A DNA stretch of 64,000 nt, from positions 2,624,001-2,688,000 of the forward strand of contig JASGJH010000001.1 in NCBI GenBank assembly GCA_047601445.1. Reading direction: 5' to 3'. Positions 20,588 through 32,526 of the stretch are shown here, one piece after another. Numbering within the stretch: position 1 is the stretch's first letter; every line of letters starts with the position of its first letter. The notes under the pieces are model-generated. The model saw only the letters and a program-made list of their open reading frames with translations. It had not been told where the DNA came from and made no database searches. This DNA is from Myxococcales bacterium (GTDB lineage Bacteria > Myxococcota_A > Polyangia > Polyangiales > DASUME01). The position numbers were made by a program, and so were the translations under genes.

Positions 20588-21304
20588 TTACTGATTGACC
20601 TTGCGAGCGTTCTTCGGCGGCTGCCACTCGAAGGTCTTGGCGTCGAGCTTGCGGTTGAACTTGGGCGACTTGAAGTCGATGCGGTTGCGGTTGCCGCTGG
20701 CGTCCAGGATCAGCACGCGATGCACGAGGCCCGCGCGGTCGGCCTGACCGTCCACGTAGAACAAGATGCGCTCGTAGTGAGGACTCTTCACCTTGGGCAT
20801 CAGCTCGAGCACGTAGCCCCCGGGGAAACCCTGCTGAGCCGAGTCGAGCAGACGGAACGTGAAGTCGTTCTCGAGCTTGCCTGTGCCGGTGAGGAAGGCG
20901 AGCGCTTGAGGTAGCTCCGATTCGCTGATCGGTCGCTCGAAGACCTGACCAGGCTCCTTGTCTTCCCCGGGCTCGTAGACGATCAAGCGCGACCCGTTGC
21001 TGACGATGACCTTGCCGTTCGGCGCCGCGTAGTTCCAGCGCATCCTGCCGGGCTTCTGGAAGGCCACGGTGCCCGAGGACTTGTCGTATTTGTCGTAGAG
21101 CCGGTGGAAGTAGGTCTGGTAGAAGCCCGCTTCGACCGACGTGGTCTGGTCGTAGAAGGCCTGGACCTGCGCAGCGACTTGTTGAGGTGTCACGCCTGCA
21201 ACGGAACTTTCCGCCGCGGCCAAACCTGAGACGAGGCTGACGACAACACACGCCAAGATCGAAAGAAAACGTACAGAACGGAACTTGGTCTCGGCAGGAT
21301 TCAC
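20588..21304 (-). CDS. lolA: Outer-membrane lipoprotein carrier LolA
   Basis: Signal peptide, A.FYQ, G...FQKPGRMRWNY..P.K.IVSNG..L.VY, F.W.PP. Start uncertain. Confidence 0.88.
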   Translation of the reverse strand: MNPAETKFRSVRFLSILACVVVSLVSGLAAAESSVAGVTPQQVAAQVQAFYDQTTSVEAGFYQTYFHRLYDKYDKSSGTVAFQKPGRMRWNYAAPNGKVIVSNGSRLIVYEPGEDKEPGQVFERPISESELPQALAFLTGTGKLENDFTFRLLDSAQQGFPGGYVLELMPKVKSPHYERILFYVDGQADRAGLVHRVLILDASGNRNRIDFKSPKFNRKLDAKTFEWQPPKNARKVNQ

Positions 21305-21617
21305 GATTTTTCCCCGCGCTCGTTGTGAAGGGCCGTACTCGTTGGTTGTGGCCCCTGCTACGAGACAGGTCAATCGGCCCCCCGATTCAAAGCGAAATCG
21401 CCGAGAAACTCGCTGTTTCCGCGCGCCAACGCGTCCAATACTCCAGAACCACGGGCGAATTTCCAAAGCCTTGATCTGCGCGCAAACGCTTGCCTAGGAT
21501 GGCCGACGTGGCGATTTGAGCACGGTGCGAGAACGCCTTTGTGACGAGGGAGACAGGCCCAAAGCCGGGGAACGCGAGACGTGACGCGCCTCGAGCTGTT
21601 AGCTGGGAGGGATCGAC

Positions 21618-21815
21618 ATGGCCAAACAAACGTTCGATTCGCGGATGACGCTCGCAAACCTCGAAGAGCAGCATCGAACGCTGAAACGACAGGTGGCTTA
21701 CCTGGAACGTCGTGCCTTTCTAACTCCCACCGAACAGCGCGAAGCCACGGACCTCAAGAAGAAGAAGCTCGCGACCAAAGATGCCATCGCCGCACTGCGC
21801 GCCGGCATGAACTAG
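21618..21815 (+). CDS. DUF465/YdcH-like small coiled-coil protein
   Basis: LEEQHRTL..QV...LKKKKLATKDAI pattern, with GGGAGG SD. Confidence 0.8.
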   Translation: MAKQTFDSRMTLANLEEQHRTLKRQVAYLERRAFLTPTEQREATDLKKKKLATKDAIAALRAGMN

Positions 21816-21866
21816 TAGCGACGTAATCTCTCGAGCGGTCGTCGACGTCGGACGCCGCACCTTCCG

Positions 21867-21901
21867 GAACCCCGCCCGCCCATGAGCGCGCGGGGTTTCT
21901 C
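21867..21901. terminator. Hairpin between convergent genes (probable terminator)
   Basis: AACCCCGC...GCGGGGTT stem followed by TCTCC. Confidence 0.5.
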
Positions 21902-21939
21902 CGCTTCTATGCCGGGCGTTCACGAGCCGCAGGAACGTC

Positions 21940-22314
21940 TCACGAGCCTGAAGAGGCCGGAGCTTCCTCGCCGCCGGCAGCGCCCAGGTCGCGCAGGGTG
22001 ACGGCCAGGTTGGTGCGCCAGTCGGGCGTCAGACCCACGCCAGCATCGCCGGCTTCCTCGCGACAGAGGGCCAGGTAGTGCTTGGCGCGCGCACGCTCGC
22101 CGGTGCGGAAAGCCGTCATGCCGGAGAGGTAATAGAAGCGCGACCGCAGCTCGCGATCCATCTCGGGAACGTTCGGCTCGAGGTCGGTCAACCACGTCTG
22201 TGCGTTCTCGTAGCGGGCCTCGCTGAAGGCCTGCTCGGCGTGCCTCAAGTCATCGCGCAAGGCCGCGCAGCCGAAGAACAAGACACCAACCAGGCCCAAC
22301 CAAACGATGCGCAT
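21940..22314 (-). CDS. Small TPR-like lipoprotein
   Basis: MRIVWLGLVGVLFFGC lipobox and helical pair FYYLSGMTAFRTGE..RAKHYL. Confidence 0.75.
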   Translation of the reverse strand: MRIVWLGLVGVLFFGCAALRDDLRHAEQAFSEARYENAQTWLTDLEPNVPEMDRELRSRFYYLSGMTAFRTGERARAKHYLALCREEAGDAGVGLTPDWRTNLAVTLRDLGAAGGEEAPASSGS

Positions 22315-22395
22315 CGTGCGGCGCACAATACCTGCACCGAGGTTACGGCGACAAGCGAGCGACTCACTCACGGACAAGGCCGCGCCCATGCAGGC

Positions 22396-22434
22396 AAAAA
22401 AAAGCGCTCGCGGGGACCGCCACCCAGCGAGCGC
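22396..22434 (-). terminator. Rho-independent terminator
   Basis: GCGCTCGC...GCGAGCGC 8-bp stem (extendable by GGG/CCC) followed directly by T8 on the minus strand. Confidence 0.85.
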
Positions 22435-22532
22435 CAAGCTTTGTATGGAAGCGCGAAGCGATCTGAAAAGCGAAGGGAGGAAAGGATAAGCAAGCCAAGG
22501 TGGGCCTTGGGGCCCTCACACCAACCAACCGA
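22396..22532 (-). ncRNA. Candidate sigma54-dependent small regulatory RNA (~135 nt)
   Basis: Bounded by a -24/-12 promoter and an intrinsic terminator, with a 5' hairpin CCAAGG-CCCA-CCTTGG and a CU-rich tract. No complete ORF inside. Confidence 0.65.
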
Positions 22533-22542
22533 GGTGATACCT

Positions 22543-22559
22543 AGCAACGCTGATGCCAA
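22543..22559 (-). promoter_or_regulatory. Sigma54 (-24/-12) promoter
   Basis: Minus strand reads TTGGCATCAGCGTTGCT, versus consensus YTGGCACG-N4-TTGCW, with exact GG-N10-GC spacing. Confidence 0.8.
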
Positions 22560-22828
22560 GCCTTCTGGCGCGCGTGGGTGATGCACTAAATCGCATGTGA
22601 TCGCAGGTGGTTACACGAGTTTCACAGCGGTTTCATATTGTGTTTCAACGCACCAAAGCCGGCATCGGTTATGACATCTATGTCTGTCCCTAGAATAGGG
22701 TTCAGGCGACCGGCCAACATTCGAAACAGGTGGCCTACAAATTTTTGGTCGCCTTGCGACTTGCGGCACCCGATTGGGCCGATCTAGGCCCAGTCCCGGT
22801 TAGACCGGTGTGTCGGAGCTGTCACACC

Positions 22829-24166
22829 TCAGCCTGCGACGTCGAGCTCGATATCGATGGCGAAGTCGTCGTCGCTGGCAGAGGTCCCCGTGTTGTCGAG
22901 CCACATGCGCGTATCGAGAGCGCGCTCGTCGCCGAGCGAACCGAGATACGAAGCAAGCTCGGGCACGCTCTCCATGAGCCGCTCGACGTATTCGCGTGCG
23001 AGGAACAAGACGGTCGAGCGCTGCGCCGCGGTGACGGTGGCGGTGGCGGGGGCGCCGTTCAAGAGCGCCATTTCGCCGAACACGTCGCTCGAGCCGAGGG
23101 TCGCTAGCAGGACCTTCTCGTCGCCGGCTCGCTTCCAGACATCCACGCTGCCTTGCAGGATCACGTAGAGCCCCCTACCCGGCTCGCCCTCGCGGATCAG
23201 GTCGGTCTGTGCCGCGACCTCGTGGGCCACGAAACGTCGCACGAGATCGATGCGCTGCTCGCGACTCAGCGGGCGGAACAACCGCGACGTGTTGATCAGG
23301 TTGGTCACCAGGCGCTCGCGCGTGAACTTGGCGAGCGCGCGCGCGATGGCAGCCGCTCCGTCGGACAGCTGCCCGAGCGCCGCGACGTGCAGCTCCAGTA
23401 GGTCCGCGTCGCTCGTGGCCACCACGTGCGCGCTGCGGGGCGTGCGTGAAAGCAAGGCCATTTCCCCGAACAGAGCACCTTCGTGCAGCGAGGTGAGGTG
23501 GGTCTGTGAGCCGTCCTGTTCGTCGCGGGAGATATCGAAGTCGCCGCGCGCCGCCAGGAAGAAGCTCTGACCTTCTTCGCCCTGCGTGATCACGCGTTCG
23601 CCAGCGCCCTTGCGCACGAGCGTCATGGTCGCGAACACGGCGGTGAAGTCGTCGTTGCTGAGCTCGCTCAAGAGAGGAATGGGCGGCAGCGCGCCAGCGA
23701 ACCTGAGTGGCGGCGTCTCCTTGCCCAGCTGCTCCGCAGCTTGGAACAGCGCATCCCCCGTGAGCTGCAGGAACGCGAGGTCGCGGGCAGTCACGGACAG
23801 CTGCTCGTCGGCAGGCACAGGACGGGCGCCGCGGCCGATGCGCCCTTCGGCGCAGTAGAGCTCCGCCACGGCCGACACGAGCGGCGCCAGGCGCGGGTCG
23901 AGTGCGCTCAAGATCTTGATCGCGACCAGGGCACGCAGCGGGTGTCCCTCATTGGCAGCCTGGCGCGCGAAGGTCGTGTACACGACGGCCGCGGATTGGA
24001 CTTGTCCGAGCGCGAGCAAGCAGTCGGCCACGCGCAGGCGCGCGTCGAGGTGCGCAGGCTGCGCGGCCAGCGCGCAGAGATAGCCTGCGAGGGCCTGCGG
24101 GAACTGCCGTTGCGCGAACGCCTGGTCGGCGGCCGAACGAGCTTCGAACACGGTAGTGGGGATCAC
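22829..24166 (-). CDS. TPR plus tandem cyclic-nucleotide-binding domain protein
   Basis: N-terminal TPR-like helices, then two CNB domains (FGEMALLSRTPRSA and FGEMALLNGAPATA). Confidence 0.85.
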   Translation of the reverse strand: MIPTTVFEARSAADQAFAQRQFPQALAGYLCALAAQPAHLDARLRVADCLLALGQVQSAAVVYTTFARQAANEGHPLRALVAIKILSALDPRLAPLVSAVAELYCAEGRIGRGARPVPADEQLSVTARDLAFLQLTGDALFQAAEQLGKETPPLRFAGALPPIPLLSELSNDDFTAVFATMTLVRKGAGERVITQGEEGQSFFLAARGDFDISRDEQDGSQTHLTSLHEGALFGEMALLSRTPRSAHVVATSDADLLELHVAALGQLSDGAAAIARALAKFTRERLVTNLINTSRLFRPLSREQRIDLVRRFVAHEVAAQTDLIREGEPGRGLYVILQGSVDVWKRAGDEKVLLATLGSSDVFGEMALLNGAPATATVTAAQRSTVLFLAREYVERLMESVPELASYLGSLGDERALDTRMWLDNTGTSASDDDFAIDIELDVAG

Positions 24167-24267
24167 GCAGGCACTGTACCAGCGATGGTCTGGACCTCGG
24201 GGACCAAAAAAAAGCCGCCATCTGCCCTGGCGATTCCGTAATCGAGTACACTTGGTTCTCACGCCAG

Positions 24268-25599
24268 ATGAGCCTCGCGTGCACGACTTGTGGACACCCC
24301 ATCCCCGCCGGGCAATTTCGCTGCGGGAAATGCGGGGCCGTGCAGGAACGAGACCTGGAAGGGCCCGTCGAAAGCCCCGAGCGCGGGCCCTCGCGCCCAC
24401 GTTTGCGCACCCAGGCAGCCGATGGAGGTTCTCTGAACGTGGAGTCGAGCGCGAGCGACGACGAGCAGGCGCGCGACTTCGTGGTCCCGCGCGGTACCTT
24501 CGCGTCCGAGGTTCCGCCGCAGCCTAGCCAGGAGAGCCACGAGGCGGAGTCGAGCAGCCGGCGTGAAGAGGCAGAAGAGCGCCCGCTCGCGGCGCGTGGG
24601 CCGGAGGGGCGCCCCTCGGAAGCCCGTGCGGCAGAGGCGCGTTCGGTGGAGCTGCGCGCAGAGGCTCGCGAGGCACCGCACGCGGAGCACGCGCGCGAGT
24701 CGGCGACGTCGGAGGCACGCAGCTCGACCCGTGAAGCGCGCATCTCGGCCAACGAGTCGGGCCCCGTGAAGGTCAGCAAGTCCTCGCACTCGAGCCAGCG
24801 CCTGCGCGTGGCGCGCGCGCCGGAGCGCCCGCCCTATCTCGCTTCGGAGATCCTGCGGGAGGACATCGCGCCGCGCGAACCGGGCAGGAACATCCTCGCG
24901 GCGATCATCAGCGTGGCAGCCATCGCAGGCTTGATCGGTGTGCTGGTGGCGGGCTTGCATACGGTAGCAGCCATCGCGTTGGCGCTCCTGTTCATGGCCT
25001 TGTTCGGCGTGGGCCGCCTCAAGCTGGCTTACACCACCCGTGCGACGGCAGTCGCCGCGTTGTCGGGAGTCGCGCTGGTGGTCATTGCGTGGACACGCCA
25101 CGCGGGGGGCGGCAGCGCATCGGATCTACTGCTCGCGATCGGCACGCCGCTGTTGGCGGGTTCTCTCTACGTTCGCTCGTGGTACCGAGGTTCCATCGCG
25201 GCTCGGACACTGGTCGGGTTGTCGCTCGTGCCGAGCTGTCTGTGGGCGTTCTTGACGAGCCACCGCGAGCTGCTCTCGTTGGAGTTCATCTGGCAGTCGT
25301 GGCTGCCCGCTCTCACCTGGTACGTGTTCGTCATCCTGTGCCTGTTGGCGCTGCTCGCGTTCATGGGCGACGAGACCACGGGCGGCTGCACCGCCTGGGC
25401 GCTCGGACTCTGTGGCTGGTACGCGGGCTATGCGGGCGTGCGCTTCGCGCTGGAAGTCGATACGAGCGGCCCGCTGCGCACGCTCGGCTTGGCCGAACCC
25501 GCGCTCATCGCACCGCTTGCGGTGGCGCTGGCGCAGCTGGTCTCGCACGTGGTGGGTCGCCGAACACGGCGGCACACGCAGGTGCTGGCGAGCGGCTGA
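24268..25599 (+). CDS. Zinc-ribbon-containing integral membrane protein
   Basis: N-terminal CTTC..CGKC, a charged disordered linker, then about 8 hydrophobic segments. Confidence 0.7.
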   Translation: MSLACTTCGHPIPAGQFRCGKCGAVQERDLEGPVESPERGPSRPRLRTQAADGGSLNVESSASDDEQARDFVVPRGTFASEVPPQPSQESHEAESSSRREEAEERPLAARGPEGRPSEARAAEARSVELRAEAREAPHAEHARESATSEARSSTREARISANESGPVKVSKSSHSSQRLRVARAPERPPYLASEILREDIAPREPGRNILAAIISVAAIAGLIGVLVAGLHTVAAIALALLFMALFGVGRLKLAYTTRATAVAALSGVALVVIAWTRHAGGGSASDLLLAIGTPLLAGSLYVRSWYRGSIAARTLVGLSLVPSCLWAFLTSHRELLSLEFIWQSWLPALTWYVFVILCLLALLAFMGDETTGGCTAWALGLCGWYAGYAGVRFALEVDTSGPLRTLGLAEPALIAPLAVALAQLVSHVVGRRTRRHTQVLASG

Positions 25600-25605
25600 A
25601 GAAGA

Positions 25606-26664
25606 TCAGGGAATCCGGCGCGGCCACGACGCCAGCAGCACCACCACGCAGGTGTGCCCTTTGGCATCTAGCGCCTGGCCGAGACCCGCGTCGGTAAAGC
25701 GACGATCGGTGACCGCGAGCCGGTGGGACGGGCTCTCGAACACCGCAGCGAGCGCGGCATCGGCCGATTCGGCACGCGCGATGGCTTCGCCCACGCCACG
25801 CGCTTCGATGTGTTCTTCGCGCAGGCGCGTCTCCGGATCCGCCCCTTGCAAGCGGTGACCGACCTGACCGAGCTCGCATACGCGCTGGGCGTGCCGTTGC
25901 GCGCTGCGCGAAAGCGCCGAGTTCGGCCGCAGCGTGCCGACCCCCGAGTTCGCCCGAAAGCCATCGAGGCGCGCGAAGAGTGCGTCGAGTGGGCGCGTGC
26001 GAGGCCCCTTGACCTGCTCCGCGACGCTCGCTGGCGCTGCCTGCGCGGGCAGCGCTGGTTCGGCGCCCAGGTTGAGCTCGGCCACAGGCCGTGGGCCACG
26101 GGGGCCGTCCGCCACGAGTTGTACACGCCGGGCCTCGAGCTCGGCAGGCAAGCGCACGCCCTGCTCGAGACGACTGATGCCGATGTCGATGCGCTGTACG
26201 CGACCGTCGGCGCTCTCGACCACCAGGTGGGGAGCGCGGAAGCCAGGCGCCAGGTGACCACGGATCACGTCACCGCTGCGCGCGAGCTCGCCCCCGCGCG
26301 CCGACACCAACACCAGACGACGCGTCTCCGAGCTCGCTTCGCCGCAGACCAGGGGTCCGTCCGCGCGCTCCGAGAGCGATGTGATCCAGGCGATGAGCGC
26401 AGCCTCGTCCTGGCCTTCGTGGGCGTGCACGGCCACTCCGTCGAAGCCCAACGAGCGTGCCTCCGGGAGCAGCTGGGACGGGTCGATGGCTCGTCCGCGC
26501 AGCAGCAGATTGGCGGCCACCTCCGCCAGCACGTCTTCGTGCTGGCACGGCAGCGTCAGGGCGCGTGCCTGGGGAGGTGCGCCAGCGAGCCAGGCGAGCG
26601 CCAGGAACAACCACCTGCCCCATGTGCGTGGGGCGCACGGGATCGCCCAGTTCGACTTCGGCAT
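25606..26664 (-). CDS. Secreted CAP (SCP) domain protein
   Basis: Signal peptide and C-terminal L.RSAQRHA...GH...GEAIA...FESPSHR..FTDAGLG. Confidence 0.8.
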   Translation of the reverse strand: MPKSNWAIPCAPRTWGRWLFLALAWLAGAPPQARALTLPCQHEDVLAEVAANLLLRGRAIDPSQLLPEARSLGFDGVAVHAHEGQDEAALIAWITSLSERADGPLVCGEASSETRRLVLVSARGGELARSGDVIRGHLAPGFRAPHLVVESADGRVQRIDIGISRLEQGVRLPAELEARRVQLVADGPRGPRPVAELNLGAEPALPAQAAPASVAEQVKGPRTRPLDALFARLDGFRANSGVGTLRPNSALSRSAQRHAQRVCELGQVGHRLQGADPETRLREEHIEARGVGEAIARAESADAALAAVFESPSHRLAVTDRRFTDAGLGQALDAKGHTCVVVLLASWPRRIP

Positions 26665-26741
26665 GGGCTGGAGGCTAACTCGCAGGGTACCGACCCCGGA
26701 AATTTCGGGGTCCCTCGCGCAGCCACTGGCTCAGTGCCGGC

Positions 26742-30162
<3,421 letters not shown>

Positions 30163-30285
30163 TCGGCTTCCCTTCGAAAAGCGGACCGGGACGCGCAATC
30201 TAAGGCGTGCCCCCGGGCTCCGCAATCCCTAGACGGGCCACATTGAGACACGGCTCCGGCGCCAGGGTCGTTTTTCCATGCTGTC

Positions 30286-31854
30286 TCAAAACCACAACGG
30301 TTTCGCCACGATGAGCAACGCGCCCGCCAAGAAGGCGAGCACGACGGCCAAAACCAGCAAGATCACCCCCAAACGTGAGCCTTGGCTGGTCTCCGAGCTC
30401 ACTTCGCCAGTCTCCCCGATGCCGCGAGCCTGATCCAGGATAGCGCGCGCTTCCTCGGTTGCGGACAAGCCGCGCCGCATGAGCGAGATCGCGACCACAA
30501 TCGCCGCCAAAACCAATACCGCCGCGACTCCGAAACGCAGAAAAGCCCGCTTGCGCTCGAGCCGGGCGAGCAACACCGGACGCGCGCTGTGCGCGTCTGG
30601 CAAGGGCACCCGGAGGAGCTCGAGCGGGGCCATCAGGAACGCGGCCGCGCGCTGCGGTTCGGCCCCCGCGAACTCCGGCAAGACGCCCGACCAAGCCATG
30701 GTCTCCAGCTCCGGGATGAGGCTCGAGAGCCGCCTCAACGCCTGCTCTGGAGACTCGCCCTCGGCGCGCCGATAGAGCATGCGGCTACCCGCGCCCTCGC
30801 TCGAAAAGCGGTCGCTGCGCACCTGGATGCGGGTCAGCAGATCGACCCTGGCCCACTCGGACGGCAGCCTCGTCACGACCTCGGACTGGGCGAAGCTCCC
30901 GGAGGCCCGCCAGCGGCCGCCCGCGAAGGCGTCGACGATGGCCTGGCTGCGGCCAGGCGGCAGCGTGAACGACAGCTCGGGCGCCTGGAGCGGCTCCAAC
31001 AAGGGCGTGCGCACGGACACGCCCACCTCGCCGAGGGCCACGGGCAGCCGAATTTGGCGCTCCGCCACCAGCACGCCAGCGCGCCGCGCCTCGAGCGTGA
31101 GTTGGGCCTCGAGCCCATGGGGGATGACCTCCAGGGCGACGAAGCCGGCGGTCTCGACGCTCGGCGAACTCGGGCTGGGCACGCTCACCTGCGCGTTGAC
31201 GCGCGCGACGACGGCGCTCGCGGGCTCCCCTACCCAGACCAAGATCGTGCAACGCTCCTCGGGGGGACACGCCCCGCCGACGATACGCGGGAGGAAGGGT
31301 GTGGGCGGCGCGAGCGTGGCCTGGGTCGGCCGAGCGGGGCCGATGGCGAGCGTCTGCAAGGGCCCCGACATGCGCGGTTGCGCCACGAGCACCGGTGCAT
31401 CCCGCGCGATTTGCAGCGATCGCTGGCACTCCAGACGGGACCCGTTCTCGAGCTCGACGTTGGCCACCAGGCTCGCACGGCCCTCGAGGTTAGCCGGCAA
31501 GCGCAGCTCGCCTTCCATGCTGGAGGTGAGCGTCCGGGGCGTCAGTGTGGTCTGGGCCAGCACGCGCGAGTGCTCATCGAGCAAGCGCACCTCCACGGGC
31601 CGCAGGCCCAGGCCTGGTCCGCTCGGGTCGTCCACGTGTTCGAGCAACAACGCACGCACGGCGAGCGTCTCTCCAGGGCGCGCCACGGCCTCGGCAATCA
31701 GCTGTAGATCGTCGTCCAAACGATCCCTTTCACCTGACCACAGGGCGACCAGGGACGCGGCGGCGGCGAAGAGCGCGAGAACGCGCACCAGGCGCGCGAG
31801 AGGGCCATGGACTGGCGCTTCGGAATCAGCGTGCTTATCGTGCGCTGTCGACAA
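30286..31854 (-). CDS. Hypothetical membrane-anchored protein
   Basis: N-terminal TM segment, beta-rich middle region and two C-terminal TM helices. Confidence 0.6.
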   Translation of the reverse strand: MSTAHDKHADSEAPVHGPLARLVRVLALFAAAASLVALWSGERDRLDDDLQLIAEAVARPGETLAVRALLLEHVDDPSGPGLGLRPVEVRLLDEHSRVLAQTTLTPRTLTSSMEGELRLPANLEGRASLVANVELENGSRLECQRSLQIARDAPVLVAQPRMSGPLQTLAIGPARPTQATLAPPTPFLPRIVGGACPPEERCTILVWVGEPASAVVARVNAQVSVPSPSSPSVETAGFVALEVIPHGLEAQLTLEARRAGVLVAERQIRLPVALGEVGVSVRTPLLEPLQAPELSFTLPPGRSQAIVDAFAGGRWRASGSFAQSEVVTRLPSEWARVDLLTRIQVRSDRFSSEGAGSRMLYRRAEGESPEQALRRLSSLIPELETMAWSGVLPEFAGAEPQRAAAFLMAPLELLRVPLPDAHSARPVLLARLERKRAFLRFGVAAVLVLAAIVVAISLMRRGLSATEEARAILDQARGIGETGEVSSETSQGSRLGVILLVLAVVLAFLAGALLIVAKPLWF

Positions 31855-31916
31855 GCTAGAAATCCTAGCCTAGTCTGCGACTGCTGTAGGCGATTCTGAG
31901 GGAAGGAGGGGCACTC

Positions 31917-32411
31917 ATGGGACAGGCTGCCGAGCTGAGCGAGCAGACCATCAACGATCTGCACGATGCCCTCGCGGCCTACATGCTCAAGAAGGGCCTG
32001 CGTTCCACTTCCCAGCGACGGCTGGTCACCGATGTGTTCTTCCGTTCGGGGGGCCATCTGTCGATCGAGGACCTGCTGGCCAAGGTGCGCGAGCAGGATC
32101 CGCGCGTTGGCTACGCCACCGTGTACCGCACGCTTCGCCTGTTGGCCGAGTGCCATTTGGCCAACGTGAGGCACTTCGGGGATGGCGTGGCCCGCTACGA
32201 GCTGGCCGATGAGGGCGAACACCACCACGACCACTTGATCTGCATGGGCTGCAATCGGATCGTGGAGTTCGAGGACGAGGCCATCGAGGTGCTGCAGGAT
32301 CGCGTGGCGGAGCGCTATGGCTTCAAACTGCGCAGCCACAAGCACGAGCTCTACGGGGTTTGCCCCGATTGCCAGGCCCAGGGCAGAAACGTGGACGGCG
32401 AGGCTCGCTGA
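31917..32411 (+). CDS. fur: Fur family transcriptional regulator
   Basis: GLRST.QR, ATVYRTL, HHHDHLIC..C..IVEF and LYGVC..C. Metal specificity is not established. Confidence 0.9.
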   Translation: MGQAAELSEQTINDLHDALAAYMLKKGLRSTSQRRLVTDVFFRSGGHLSIEDLLAKVREQDPRVGYATVYRTLRLLAECHLANVRHFGDGVARYELADEGEHHHDHLICMGCNRIVEFEDEAIEVLQDRVAERYGFKLRSHKHELYGVCPDCQAQGRNVDGEAR

Positions 32412-32526
32412 GGCGGACCGGGACGAGCTGCGCTGAGGCGAGCCGGGCCCCACGATTTCACGGCAGGATGGTTCCTGGCGACCCGCTAGCGGCGCTCGCG
32501 GACGAACCGCGCTACGACCGTGAGCC

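Noticed and set aside
22441..22490. Plus-strand GGA cluster suggesting a CsrB/RsmZ-type RNA
   Set aside because: The promoter and the T-tail both point to the minus strand, and the GGAs are not in repeated hairpin loops.
22368..22586. 72-aa minus-strand ORF (and 60-aa plus-strand ORF 22307-22489) over the candidate sRNA
   Set aside because: The minus ORF starts upstream of the sigma54 promoter and crosses the terminator. Both have atypical codon usage and no recognisable motifs.
24208..24236. Hairpin plus T8 on the minus strand upstream of the cNMP-binding gene, as an attenuator
   Set aside because: The stem is short, and the gene's -10-like element lies downstream of it, so it is probably promoter-upstream AT-rich DNA.
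30163..30251. ORF-track N-terminal extension of SecA, or programmed frameshifting
   Set aside because: The extension is not SecA-like, the real N-terminus is in another frame, and no slippery sequence is evident.
30181..32425. 13-mer GCGGACCGGGACG shared by the secA leader and the region after fur
   Set aside because: Exact matches of this length are expected by chance in 64 kb of GC-rich DNA, and there is no dyad symmetry.
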